Part shown: positions 12,851-25,416 of the stretch, one piece after another | Layout: every line of letters starts with the position of its first letter | How positions within the stretch are numbered: the first letter of the stretch is position 1 | NCBI RefSeq assembly: GCF_006345805.1 | Contig: NC_043008.1 | Location: 35,402,001-35,466,000 of the forward strand | DNA length: 64,000 nucleotides | Direction: 5' to 3' | Origin: Octopus sinensis | Taxonomy: Eukaryota | The notes under the pieces: generated by a model | Told to the model about the DNA's origin: nothing | The model's input: only the letters and a program-made list of their open reading frames with translations | The model's database searches: none | Made by a program: the position numbers and the translations under genes

Positions 12851-13146
12851 TCAAGATAGGGTGGCAAAAAATTTTGTAGAATTTTTTTGCCACCAGCGGC
12901 TAGTGGGAAAAAATTAAATAGTCATAGACCATTTGCCGCTGGTGGCAAAAAAATTCTACAAAATTTTTTGCCACCCTATATTGATTAATTATGAATTTTC
13001 TGGTTAATTCCGTAATGGAATCGGCGGCTTATATTTATTTGCTGCCGATAAATTTGGCGCGAGTGCGATGATTTGAAAATTTTAGGTCAGATATTGCCGA
13101 GGCAGGGACAGAAATGCCTCGTGAAAATATCTGTTCCGATCTGGCT

Positions 13147-13253
13147 ATTTCTTACTGACGAATCTAAGGGCCTATGGAAGATTGGCTTGATTTAATTTAA
13201 TCAGGTTAGTTTACCATTAAACAGTAGATGAAACGGTGCATCGTATAAGAAAT
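13147..13253 (+). ncRNA. Type I hammerhead ribozyme motif, complete core
   Basis: Stem I ATTTCTTA/TAAGAAAT (8 bp), core CTGACGA (13155-13161), stem II ATCTA/TAGAT with an extended hairpin, GAAA (13230-13233), stem III C-G and G-C, cleavage triplet GTA (13243-13245). Activity is untested. Confidence 0.8.
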
Positions 13254-13404
13254 TACAGGGTAAATGTTTTTTAATTTTCTCCTGGTTTACGGAATTAATG
13301 TTATTTTGCGGTTGAAGCTTTGGCTGTTATTTCTAGTGAGTGAATGGCCTATTATGGCCGTTCCTTGATTGTGATATATATATATATATATATATGCACA
13401 AATA

Positions 13405-13590
13405 ATAGAAATGAGTTAACACGCAAAGAGCTTAGCAGCAGTTCATCCGTCTTTAGGTTCTAAGTTCAAATTCCACCGAGGTCGACTCTGCTTGTCATCG
13501 TTTCTGGGTCGATAAAATAAGTATCAGTTTCGAACCAGGGTCAATGTAATCGAATCTATCCCTCCCCCGAAATAGATGGCCTTGTGCCAC
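13405..13590 (+). mobile_element. Diverged family-A SINE
   Basis: GTTCTAAGTTCAAATTCCACCGAGGTCGAC..GGGTCGATAAAATAAGTA..CCTCCCCCGAAAT..GGCCTTGTGCC. Confidence 0.75.
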
Positions 13591-14634
13591 ACGAGCCTAG
13601 CTTGAGTTTCATGGTCGACACCTTATTAGACTGGATACTTCAGTGGGGCGACTGACCCAGAACTGTCAGCCTTTGGCGTCCCGTGCTTTGATGTGCGTGT
13701 GTGTGTATGTTTATGAGTGTGTTTATACACACATATACATGCACGCGCGCGCGCGCACGCACATATCAATAAATAGAAAACAGAATTATTTTATTCCACA
13801 CGGGTAGAAATACAGGAAAAATAGAACTTGAATATGCTCTGAGAATATTTCATAATTTTTTTAATAACATTTAAAGATTTAACCGGTTTCATAGTTTACA
13901 CTGATTTTCAAAAGTTGAGATAGAAACACATGGGTTATGACACAACTGTCTTGCGGCATAATCCACGTCTTTCTATCTCAGAATCAAGAGATTTGCGGCA
14001 TAACCCACGTCTTTCTATCTCAACTTTTGAAAATCAATGTAAACTGTGAAAACGGTTAAATATTTAAACATGATAAAAAAATTTAACTATTCTCAGTGCA
14101 TTTTCAACTTATATATATAAATATATATATATATAAAATATGATCTTTCGTTCTTGGCCTGATTGCCGACCGCCAACACCACTTATGTCAATCTCCTATG
14201 TTCCTGCCTTTAGGCTTTCACTTCATACACACCAGCTCAATTTGATTCGTTCTCAGTCGAAAGATACCTGTTGCTATTTTCTTTTTGTTTGTATTCATAA
14301 TAGAGTACCATATTTTCCGGGGTTTTTTTCGTCTTTTCGTGTACCATTTTCTCTATTTATTGTCTTTGTTGCCGTACACATTCGCTAGCTTTCTTACAAA
14401 GGGGTCTAATGCTCTTACCCTAGACTTTTTGGGAGGCAACCAGATCGAACCGTATTAAGTGTAACTGTCCGAAACGGTCGTGACTTCTGGTACTTGACCG
14501 AGGAAAGAAGGCCACGAATGACTCGTCATTTTTTGCCTATCCTTTTAATTGTTGTTTCTCTTGTACGCCTTTGTATTGCTTATCTATCCGAATGTTTTAT
14601 TGTACTCTGTTGCGTTTCTGTTCCATTTATATAT

Positions 14635-14723
<89 letters not shown>

Positions 14724-14756
14724 ATATATAGATATATATATATATATATATATATA

Positions 14757-14944
14757 TGCTGGACCGCTGAAATCTACAGGTTTATTTTCATTCTCTCTCT
14801 GTTTATTTTCTCTTATTCCTTTCTGTTGTAGAGCGTAGGCTCGAAACGTAAAATAATTTTCCATTTGCCCGAGTGTTAAACTAATGTACTTGCTTGTTGT
14901 TCATACACCTGTCTTCGTCTTTTCTTTTTCTATAAATTTCAGCT
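14757..14944 (+). mobile_element. Short (TA)n-flanked repeat, probably a Penelope-like pLTR/3' end, with a variant hammerhead-like motif
   Basis: GAGCGTAGGCTCGAAACGT and the downstream ~90 bp are shared with about 27735-27925 (+) and 31305-31450 (-). Bounded by TA runs on both sides. Confidence 0.6.
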
Positions 14945-16351
14945 ATATATATATATATGAATATAACGTTACATTGGATTGCGCAATACTTTCTTGTAGA
15001 GTACGAGGGGGTACCCAAAAGAAATTTGCAATATTATTTTAGTCACTTAGTTTTACATGCTTACACTTTTATCGCCTTGTGAAGGAAGAAAGTATTTTGG
15101 ATAGCAAACATTCTGATGACGGCGATGATGTTTCGGTTTCTTCGCCGTCATCAGATTGTTTGATATCCAAAATACCTTCTTCCTTCACAATTTTATTTGG
15201 ATCGTTAAATCTGCAGACGCCATTTTGTTTGATAAAAGTGAAAGTAGAGCTGTAAGCTCAAATATCGTCTTATGAGTGTTTGAGGTTTAGAGGGATCCAT
15301 GAACTGTATAATCTCTTTTAAAACTATTTATTGAAGCGTTTGTGGCCCCACTTTCGTTTCTAGGAACCCATGAAAGTGAAACAATTTTGAAGATAAATAA
15401 TTTTACAGAAACGAAATCCTTAATCTGTAATCCTTGATTTGCTGCTTATCACTTGAAATTTTTTTCTATTAACATTTGACTAACTTTGGCATCAGGCCTA
15501 CTTATCTGCTCCAGGCATAGGAGTAACAGAGGTTTGTGTAAACTGCCTGGCTTAGAATGCCAGTGACAGGATTAAACAGAGTCGATATTACTATGATCAG
15601 TTCCTGTTTTTATGTATTTTTGATGCCATTTTCTTTTTGCTTGTATTCTGATTATATTCTCTCAAACTTCTTTTACCTGGAGTTGCGGAAAGAAACGTTT
15701 CTAAACGAAAAAGTCTTTAAAATGATGCTGTATTGGTAATTCTTACAGAATTTTTCTTTGTTCCGAAAAAGGAAAACTTAGATGTGAATGATAAAGAATC
15801 AGTACCAGATGTCCATTCTGAGTAACTAAGTGTACTCCCAAGTAAATCTGAAGAAAATAGGAGTAACGTATCAACTCAAGACATTAAAGATGATGAATCA
15901 CCTCATCCTACTTCTATGGATAGTGCAGCACCATCATGAGAGCCATGTGGTATTCTAAAAGTATGTATCCATGTCCCTTCAGTCAAAATCAGCTGTATGC
16001 TAAAACAAAAATGCCTCTGACTCCTATCCAGAATCTCGATGCTTATTATCAAACAGATGAATATAGACTTGATGAATGCTGTTTTTATTTTTAAAATTCA
16101 ATATTTATATTATTTACGAGCAAAACGTCCCCCGTCCAATGGACGGTGTTGAGTTGTCATACATTTAAACCAAATTGTCTCAAAACAACTTGTCTGACCG
16201 TCCCATAGGCCTCTCCTTTGAGAAACACTGATTTAACCTAAATTTGAGACACCAGCAAAAGAAGAAATAAAGATAGACTTTTTTCTATTCCAAAGAAAAC
16301 GATTTTATTCACACAAATATGCAACTGAAGCGTTTAAAGTACCAGTAATGA

Positions 16352-16498
16352 AAGCCGAGGTCGACTTTGCCTTTCATCCTTTCGGGGTCGATAAATTAAG
16401 TACCAGTAACACACTGGGCTCTATATAATCGACTTAATCCGTTTGTCTGTCCTTGTTTGTCCTCTCTGTGTTTAGCCCATTGTGGGCAATAAAGAAAT
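16352..16498 (+). mobile_element. 5'-truncated family-A SINE with probable 8-bp TSD
   Basis: Body GCCGAGGTCGACTTTGCC..TGTGGGCAATAAAGAAAT, with AGTAATGA at 16344-16351 and 16499-16506. Confidence 0.88.
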
Positions 16499-16612
16499 AG
16501 TAATGATAAGGATGTTGACTGGGAGAACACAAACATGGTTTAAACAGTAAGCTTGGCAGGAAAGAAACGTGCCTTTAAGCAGCACAAATGCAACAAAAAA
16601 ATGGAAGGTGCA

Positions 16613-16658
16613 GACACCTGGTGACGGCTGGAGGGTACATCAGCCGAAACGTTGTGTT
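16613..16658 (+). ncRNA. Minimal type I hammerhead-like motif with one core substitution
   Basis: GACAC-CTGGTGA-C-GGCTG(10 nt)CAGCC-GAAAC-GTT-GTGTT. Stems I and II pair; A6 reads G. Confidence 0.6.
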
Positions 16659-17087
16659 AACAACAAAAAAGATGAGGACGTATATCCGTCAGTTGTAAAT
16701 AATGTAAATAATTAACAATTAATGTAAATAATTAACAATCAATTTAAATAATTATAATCGCTGAACGATTGTCAATGAAAACGCTGTAGCTGGCTTAAAA
16801 ACAATGTTGTAACTATATTATATCTGAGAGGGTTAAAAATGATATTGTGAGGAAACTTTAAGAATAATACTGTTTCAAGATAGTGAAGCTAGAATTGAGA
16901 TTTACGAATTCTGTTGTCTCAGATTTCTGTTTTTCAAATGACAGAAGAAAACATTGAGAGATTAAAGAGTATATGGGTGGGAGATAAGTTAAATAGGATT
17001 AAAATTTATAAGTGGAATAGCTAAATAAACTGATATGAAGAAGGAATTATATGAAAATATGCACAAATGCAGAACTTTCTAAAAGTA

Positions 17088-17120
<33 letters not shown>

Positions 17121-17589
17121 CACACACATATATATATATATATATATATGCACATTAACATAAGCCTATCACCCCCATATGCACATACGCACACACAGAG
17201 ACATATACGCGCATACACAGATATATTTGAAATTACATATACATTTGTATATATATGTTTGTATATGTATTTATGTGTTTATGTGTGTGTGTACATATAA
17301 ACACACACATACCACATATCTATATATAGAGGTATTTACATGTGTACTATAAAGGCAGCGAATGAGAGAACCTAAGCAGCATCGGATGAAAAGCATGTTA
17401 TATTTTCCCTGGTTCTTCGTGCTCTGAGTTCTAATCCCGCCCAGGCCAACTACAAAGCTCAAAAATTGTATATAATTCAAATACTGAAAGGGATTTTCTC
17501 TCTCTGTCTCCCTCTCTTTCTCTGTCTCTAATTTGGTCCAATACACTGTGAGAAGGGTTGCAGTGGATCTTGCACTGCATTAATTATCT

Positions 17590-17975
17590 TTGATCATTTA
17601 CTTGTTTCAGTCGGTAGTCCGCGGCCATGAAGAATTTTAGCTGAACAAATCGGCCTCAATACATAATTTTATAAACATAGTCTCTACTCTATCGGTTCCT
17701 TTTCCCGAACCGCTAGTTAGCGAGGACAAAAGGACACCAACACTGGTTGTTATGTGGTGGTGGTGGTGGGAAAAACATACCCAGAATCAAACACTCACAC
17801 ACACTCACATACATATATATATACAATGGGATTCTTTCAGTTTCTGTCTATCAAATTCACTCACAAGGTCTTCTTCGGTCCGGGGCTATAGTAGAAGTCA
17901 CTTGCCCAAGGTGCTACTCAGTTTAAAAAAAAAACGGAACCATGTGGTTGGGAAGCAAGCTTCTTACCACACAGT
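17590..17975 (-). mobile_element. Family-B SINE with internal microsatellite
   Basis: Reverse head TGTGTGGTAAGAAGCTTGCTTCCCAACCACATGG and tail ..GACTGAAACAAGTAAA, homologous to 42858-43344. Confidence 0.8.
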
Positions 17976-18583
17976 CTATTTCTGGCGAAAGTATAGAGTG
18001 AGGAGGTAGAAATCTTTTCCCAGGAGAAAATCTGATTTATTGGAAGGAACGTCCAGTTGTCTAGAGGAGAAGAGAACGGAAATAATTCTTTCTAATTTTG
18101 GCTCAAGACCAGCAATTTTGAGGAGAGAGGCAGCTCGAACACATCGATACCAGTGCTCAAGGGGTACTTATTTTATCGTTCTCCCATTGATAAAAGGCAA
18201 AATCGACCAGGTGGAACCCGAATTCAGAACTACCGAAAGAAATGTTGCGAAGCATCTGGCCCACTGTGCTAAGAGAACAAAAATAATAAACATAGAATGA
18301 AATATAAATATGTATGCATCTCGGTACATATATATGAGCGTGTATGAGTGTGTGTACGTGTGTGTGTGTGTGAGAGAGAGAGAGAGTGTGTGTATGTGTG
18401 TGTGTGTTAACAAGGCAATGTATGAAATACTAATTACTAATATAATCCTTTTAACCTCGTCACAAGAACAATTTACTAATTTACAGCAGCCAGTCCTTTA
18501 TGGTGACTACTTACCACACACACATAAATGTATACATGTACATATATATGTGTATGTGTATTTATATCGACGTATATATATAT

Positions 18584-18627
<44 letters not shown>

Positions 18628-18769
18628 CACACACACGTTCACACAAATGCATATGGGCACGACACCAGCATTTCTCCACCAATCCGAAATACATTAATAA
18701 TTTCAAATGCATTGTTATTTCCAAGATGAAAATTGTTTTCGTCTTTTTCTTTCCTTCACTCTCTCTCTT

Positions 18770-18829
<60 letters not shown>

Positions 18830-19139
18830 CTCTCACTCTTTCTTGGAATAATCAGTAATAAGGTTGTAAAAGAAATTTTTTTCCGAAGAAAATGTTATTT
18901 GTCGATCGATAATAGATAAATAAATTTGAACTCTAATGTTTGTTTATATTCTGTTATATAGAATTTAATTCTTGTTTTTTTTCCTCACTTATTTCATTAT
19001 TTTCTACATTTCATTTGTTTCTGTGCGAAAGAACATTTGTAAATAGTTGCTTCTTCTACAATCATTTCATTCGCCAAACAGGGTGTGCTAAGTTTAAATA
19101 TAGCACTCCTCTCTAATCTCTCTCTCTTTCACTTTGTAT

Positions 19140-19214
<75 letters not shown>

Positions 19215-20924
19215 GTTTACGTATACACAAATATGTACGTGTATGTATATACACATGTGTATATGTATATGTACATGCATGTATAAATATATATATATAT
19301 ATGAATATATAAATACAAAAGTCTAATTGTATATATGTGTGAATATATATGTATGTATATATATATATACGTACACACAGTTATATATACGTATATACAT
19401 ATACATGTGTGTATGTATATGTAGATGTACGTGTAAATATATATATATATATGAATATATATATATATATACATGTATTTACATATGTATTTAAATATAT
19501 ATATGTATATATACATTGTTTATAAATAAATGTGTCATAAATGTATACATATATATGTTTATATATATACATATATACATAAATATATTTGTATGTATAT
19601 ATATATACTCACATAATATATATATACACACACACACACGGATATGTATACATGTATGTATAGTATCGTATATATCGTTGGTGTTGGTGTGGTTTCTTAT
19701 TTTTGTTTGTTGATTGCTTAGTTCTTGCGTGTTCTCGACTCTTGTTATTGTGTCTCTCGATTGTTTTGTGTCTATTTAGTACATAATGTCTATTTCCGTT
19801 GAATTTATTGTTTAGACGAATGTTGTTTGTGTTTTGTTTCATTGTTTTTATTCCGCTCTCATCCTAACTTTCAAAAACAGTTACACATAACACACGCATG
19901 CATTCTGGAACATATGCAGAAGTAACACAACGTCATCGTTTGAATGTATCTAGGAGTTACGTTAAAAACCAAATAGTTACAGGAGCGTAAAATTGGAAAT
20001 ATTAATAACAGGTCATCAAGATCTACAAATATTGCATCATTAATAGCCGAACCATATATACACGGATGCAAATATAAAACATTTTTGACAAAACAATTGC
20101 TCCTGTATCTAAACATATATACATTTACACAGACGCACAGAGAAATATAATAAGAATATCGCAAAACCTATAAATAACTGATGCACTAAATCCTAAAAAA
20201 TACACAATCCTCATACACAGACAAATATTGAAACCTTTTGATTTAACTAAAACATATTTTAAACAGTCAGCCATATGCGTTTTAACAAACTTAGAAACAA
20301 AGACTCGCATACAATTATTCAAGCATGAATCCTCTTATCAGAGCCCATGACAATCAAAAAATATTCAAGCAAAACAGAACACACGCACACACACGCTTAC
20401 GTACGCACGCACACATGCACACAGTCACACACAGACATGCGCGCACATGCATACGCGCACACACAAACGAATAAAACAATCTTAATGAGCACTGTATAGT
20501 AGATAAATAATGTGTTACAAACACATACAAATGTTTGGAGCTTTTTCTTTGCGAACAACGTTAATGACACTACTTAAGTTCAACCAACTCGTATCGTATA
20601 CGGTGAGACGACGAGTGAGTGTTGTACTTGTATCCTCATTATCTAGACAAATACAAGCTGAAACGACTACAGAAATCATATTTGCCTAGCATAAAAAGAA
20701 AAACTGTCACACGCTTTAACAACATTTCAGTTGCTGATGAAGACACAATGAAAATCTAGAAACGTTAATTACAATGGATTTAGAAATTTTGGTGTTCCAA
20801 ACGAAAGCTATGAGATTCATTGGAAAATAGAAAAACCTCATCAAAACTACTTATAACCAGTACATAGTTATTTTCAATACTTGTTCCAAAGGAAGGTTGT
20901 TCTCAGTATATATAAATATGCATA

Positions 20925-21903
20925 CAGGGTTTGGACAAAATTTTAGAAACACCACTTTTTATTTCACTATTATTTTTCTATTGACAACAAATTCGAAACA
21001 AATTCGAAACTGTTCTAGTCTGCATATGTTTTCATATACAATATAGCTCCCAGTTATTGTGTTTTGTATATATGCGTATTGAAATACCATAAATCCTCGA
21101 GTATAGTCCGCCCTTGAGTACAAGGGGATTTTTAGGGGCCTCTACCTCTGAAAAACCTAAACCTTGTGTATAATACGCACCCGTCCTCTAACTTGAGTCG
21201 TGCGTGATTAAGCCAGCAGCACTTAGTCGAACAAACACTTCCGCGCATGTGTATTACAATAATGGTGATGTTCTTAACTGTTATATGGGAATGTAAATAT
21301 GTTTGCAAATTGTTTTTGTTACATGTTATTCTGTGTTCTGAATACTTTTATTTTAATAAATGTTGCTTACTGAAAGTTATGGTTGATTCTTTTATGACTT
21401 CATTGCTTTCAGGCTTAGCTTAAGGTATTTTCGCACCCGACATCACAAAATGCATCTGAATAAACATTGCCGGACAACAAATAGAGACTCAGAAATTGCA
21501 TAGAAAAAATTTTTCATTATAAACCTCGTATATAGTACCCACTAGGGATTTTGACCTTTAAATTTTGGGGAAAAAATGCGGATTATACTCGAGGATTTAC
21601 GGTAGATAAAATGCGTAACTTAAACTGATTTTCAAAACAGACAAATTGTTGGAGTGAAAAGTGCTGAGCTTCATTCACTAAAACTGGCGAATTGTTCAAT
21701 GTTCAATAGGTACCGTCTCTAAAATCATGACCGCATTCCACTATTACTGAAAGGGCTAACGCAGGCTTTACTTGAAGGTTCAAACCTGTACTAGTCAAAT
21801 CCGTGATGTGTTAATGCTGGAATGTAAAACATGTATTAAAGCCCGTATTAAATAATAAATCTCCCACTTAACAAGGTGTTTCGATTATTTTATCCAATCT
21901 CTG
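20925..21903. mobile_element. Non-autonomous Tc1-like element with TA TSD, hosting a nested MITE
   Basis: CAGGGTTTGGACAAAATTTTAGAAACACC at the left end versus the reverse complement CAGAGATTGGATAAAATAATCGAAACACC at the right end. TA at 20923-20924 and 21904-21905. Confidence 0.75.
21087..21602. mobile_element. pogo/Tigger-like MITE with TA TSD
   Basis: TA-CCATAAATCCTCGAGTATAGTCCGC at the left end and GCGGATTATACTCGAGGATTTACGG-TA at the right end (about 25-bp TIRs). Confidence 0.9.
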
Positions 21904-22523
21904 TACATACAAACACACACACACACACACACACACACGTACACAGATATTGACATATATTTACACATATATTTATTTATATATTTACACACGTATATAT
22001 ATTCCTATAGATATGTACATATATATAAGTATATATATATGTATATATATATATATGTGCGTGAGAGAGTGTGTGTGTGTGTGTGTGCACGTGTGCGTGC
22101 GTGTATGTGTGTACACATATATACGTATATATATATATGTATAGTTAAACGTTTATATGCATAAAATATATATATACATATATATTTTGTATGTATATAA
22201 AATATATGCATATATACATACATGTGTGTGAGTGTTGTGTGTGTGTATGTATATATATATGTATATCTGAGTGTCTCTGTATGTGTCTGTATGTTTTACA
22301 CATATTGCCAAAGCTCTGACGCTAATTCCTTTCTATAAGTGATTATAATTTTTAATGGACCACAACAGCCGTTATTAAATATTGCACATTTACGTGCCAA
22401 AGAGTTAAATTTGCCATAACATTCCCATAATTGGCTTCAACTTGTACGTTGCTGTGTAAGTATGTCTGCAGCTCTGTGCATGTCAGCGTGCGTGAAAGAG
22501 AGACGGAGAAAATATGTTGACCG

Positions 22524-22560
<37 letters not shown>

Positions 22561-22822
22561 CAAAATGGGACAAGGACGCAAAACATTCAAATAGACGATA
22601 CAAAAAAACACGGACGGGTCATTCGAAGCCTCTAATCTTCAGTCAAGAACCGGATCATCCTCGCAATTTCGGCTGATTAATCTTGAGATTGCTCCGATCT
22701 GGCCAGCCCCAAGGAAAAACTAAGCTACGAGCATTAGATTTCTTGGAAAAAGGATCGAATGTATACGAAACAAGGACAGAAAAACGGACAATGTTACACG
22801 AATATAAATACAAAAAACAATG

Positions 22823-22858
<36 letters not shown>

Positions 22859-22980
22859 GGTCATAACAACAGGCGTCTTTCGACTTAGACGAATTGAACT
22901 TAACTGGCGTATTTGAAAAATAATGCCTTACGGCAGACGAAGAATGCGATGTTATCGTGGCGCTGGTCGTATGTATGTGT

Positions 22981-23208
22981 ATTTCTTTACTGCCCACAAG
23001 GGGCTAAATATACGGGGGACAAACAAGGACAGACAAAGGGATTAAGTCGATTACATCGACCCCAGTGCGCAACTGGTACTTTATTTATCGACCCCGAAAG
23101 GATGACAGGCAAAGTCGACCTCGGCGGAAATTGAACTCAGAACGTAACGACAAACGAAATACCGCTAAGCATTTCGCCCGGCGCGCTAACGTTTCTGCCA
23201 GCTCGCCT
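22981..23208 (-). mobile_element. Near full-length family-A SINE
   Basis: Reverse strand runs from GGCGAGCTGGCAGAAACGTTAGC to TGTGGGCAGTAAAGAAAT and is highly similar to 43921-44148. Confidence 0.92.
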
Positions 23209-23247
23209 GATATATATATATACACTCACACACACATACACACACAC

Positions 23248-23319
<72 letters not shown>

Positions 23320-24793
23320 GATAGGATTCTTTCAGTTTCCGTCAACCAAATCTAGTCACAAGGCTTTGGTAGACTCTAGGCGATAGGGCCCTAAGCTTGA
23401 TTTGAACTCAGAATTGAGCCTGAGAAAATACCGCAAAACATTTTGTTCCGCGCTCTATCCATTTCGCCATTCCACTATTTTATACAAGCCTAAATTGACA
23501 GAACACATTGGATAGTGTTGTTTTAGATGCACAATGCCTGAAGAAAATGGTAAGAAATAAGAAAGGAGATGCTATTCATGTGCTTGGCTTGAATATATAC
23601 GATGTTAGATTTCTTGAAGATGTCTAGGCTTTTGACCTGAGCTTAAACAATAACAACGACGATGATAATAACAACAGTACTGGCTACGATTTACCACGTG
23701 ACCGATGCATCTCCAGGATATATGTCCCCAGCTTCGACATTGATGGTTACTGAAGTTTATACTTTCACTGAGCAACTACAGTTGACATGATAGAAAAAGA
23801 AAAGAAAAAACAACCATTTTTTTTTCTAAATTTGATGGGTTTTTTTTTTATTTCTCCGTTGTTATTTCCTCAATCAACCTAGATACTCCAGCGAAAGGGG
23901 ACGGCTCACTTGAAATATAAAACGTAAAGATTATTATTTATCCCAGATAAGAAATAAGAAACAAAAGACAAAAAAAAAAAAAAAAATTACCCAAGTCGAT
24001 CACTCAATTTGAAGCCAATAATGTGCAGGGAGAGAAAAAAGAAAAGGAAAGGAAAGAAAAGAAAGGGAAAGGAAAGAAAAGAAAGTTTAAAGGAAGAAAA
24101 ATAAATGACGGAATGATCTGAATCAATCAGAGAAATAATCAACCCACATCAACCCACAACCTACTCCTCACCTCATTCCTTCCAATATCCACCATGATCG
24201 ATCTACTTGTTTATATATTTATCTTTTAGTTTCTCATTAGTAATAAAGGCAATTGGTTAAGTTTCTGGTTGATTCTTATTGGAATTTCTACCAATTTACG
24301 TTCTACTTAACTGCAATAACCAATGTAAGAATCCACAAGCGCCATGTTTTATCATGACATGGCTAATAATGATTGTTGCTTATGGCCAATTTCTCAAGGC
24401 GGAGGCTTTCCGTTTTAATCAAACTTTTCCATACATCACTTCTACTTTCTACAGTCAAGGTGGCGCTAATGTATAAAAGTGAGTGGAGGGGAGAGAAACG
24501 GGACGTAAGTGCGGGGAAGAGGGATAAAGAGAAAGATGAACAACATTAGAAAGAAACTGGAAGAAAGCTAACGTAAACAGATACTAACACATACTCACTC
24601 GCATTCTCTCTCTCTCTTACACGCACACATACACATACACACACACACCTATATAAATATGTATATATAGGTGTGTGTATGTATCATAATAATGTGTATA
24701 AATAAATACATACATATATTTGTGTATGTGTGTGTGTATTTGTATATATATATGCATACATACATATATATACATAAATACATATATATATGT

Positions 24794-24825
<32 letters not shown>

Positions 24826-24854
24826 CCTAAATACATATATATATGTGTGTGTGT

Positions 24855-24885
<31 letters not shown>

Positions 24886-25107
24886 GTAGACATTGTATGC
24901 ATGTATGTATGCATATGTGTGTGCGTTTGTGTACTTCTATGTGTATATTATATATTAATATTCATATAAATTCTTATTATGTGTCTACATATAAATATAT
25001 ATATATGCATATAAATGTGTGTACGTATGCGTGTGTTTATCTGGGTTCATACATATATAAACATGTATCAATGTGTATATCATATATTTATATACATACA
25101 ATATATA

Positions 25108-25155
<48 letters not shown>

Positions 25156-25171
25156 GTTATAATATATATAT

Positions 25172-25227
<56 letters not shown>

Positions 25228-25312
25228 GTTAGCATACACACACACGTGCGCGCGCCCAGACACAGACACACATATTTATGTTATGTGCGTGTGTTATAAA
25301 TGAGAGTGAGAG

Positions 25313-25416
<104 letters not shown>

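Noticed and set aside
15640-15940. Possible hAT-like transposase N-terminus or exon (SKRKSL*..ESPHPTS)
   Set aside because: In-frame stops, no diagnostic motif and no identifiable TIRs.
19870-20350. Possible Penelope GIY-YIG remnant upstream of the 20734 motif
   Set aside because: No frame gives recognisable motifs, so it is unsupported without a search.
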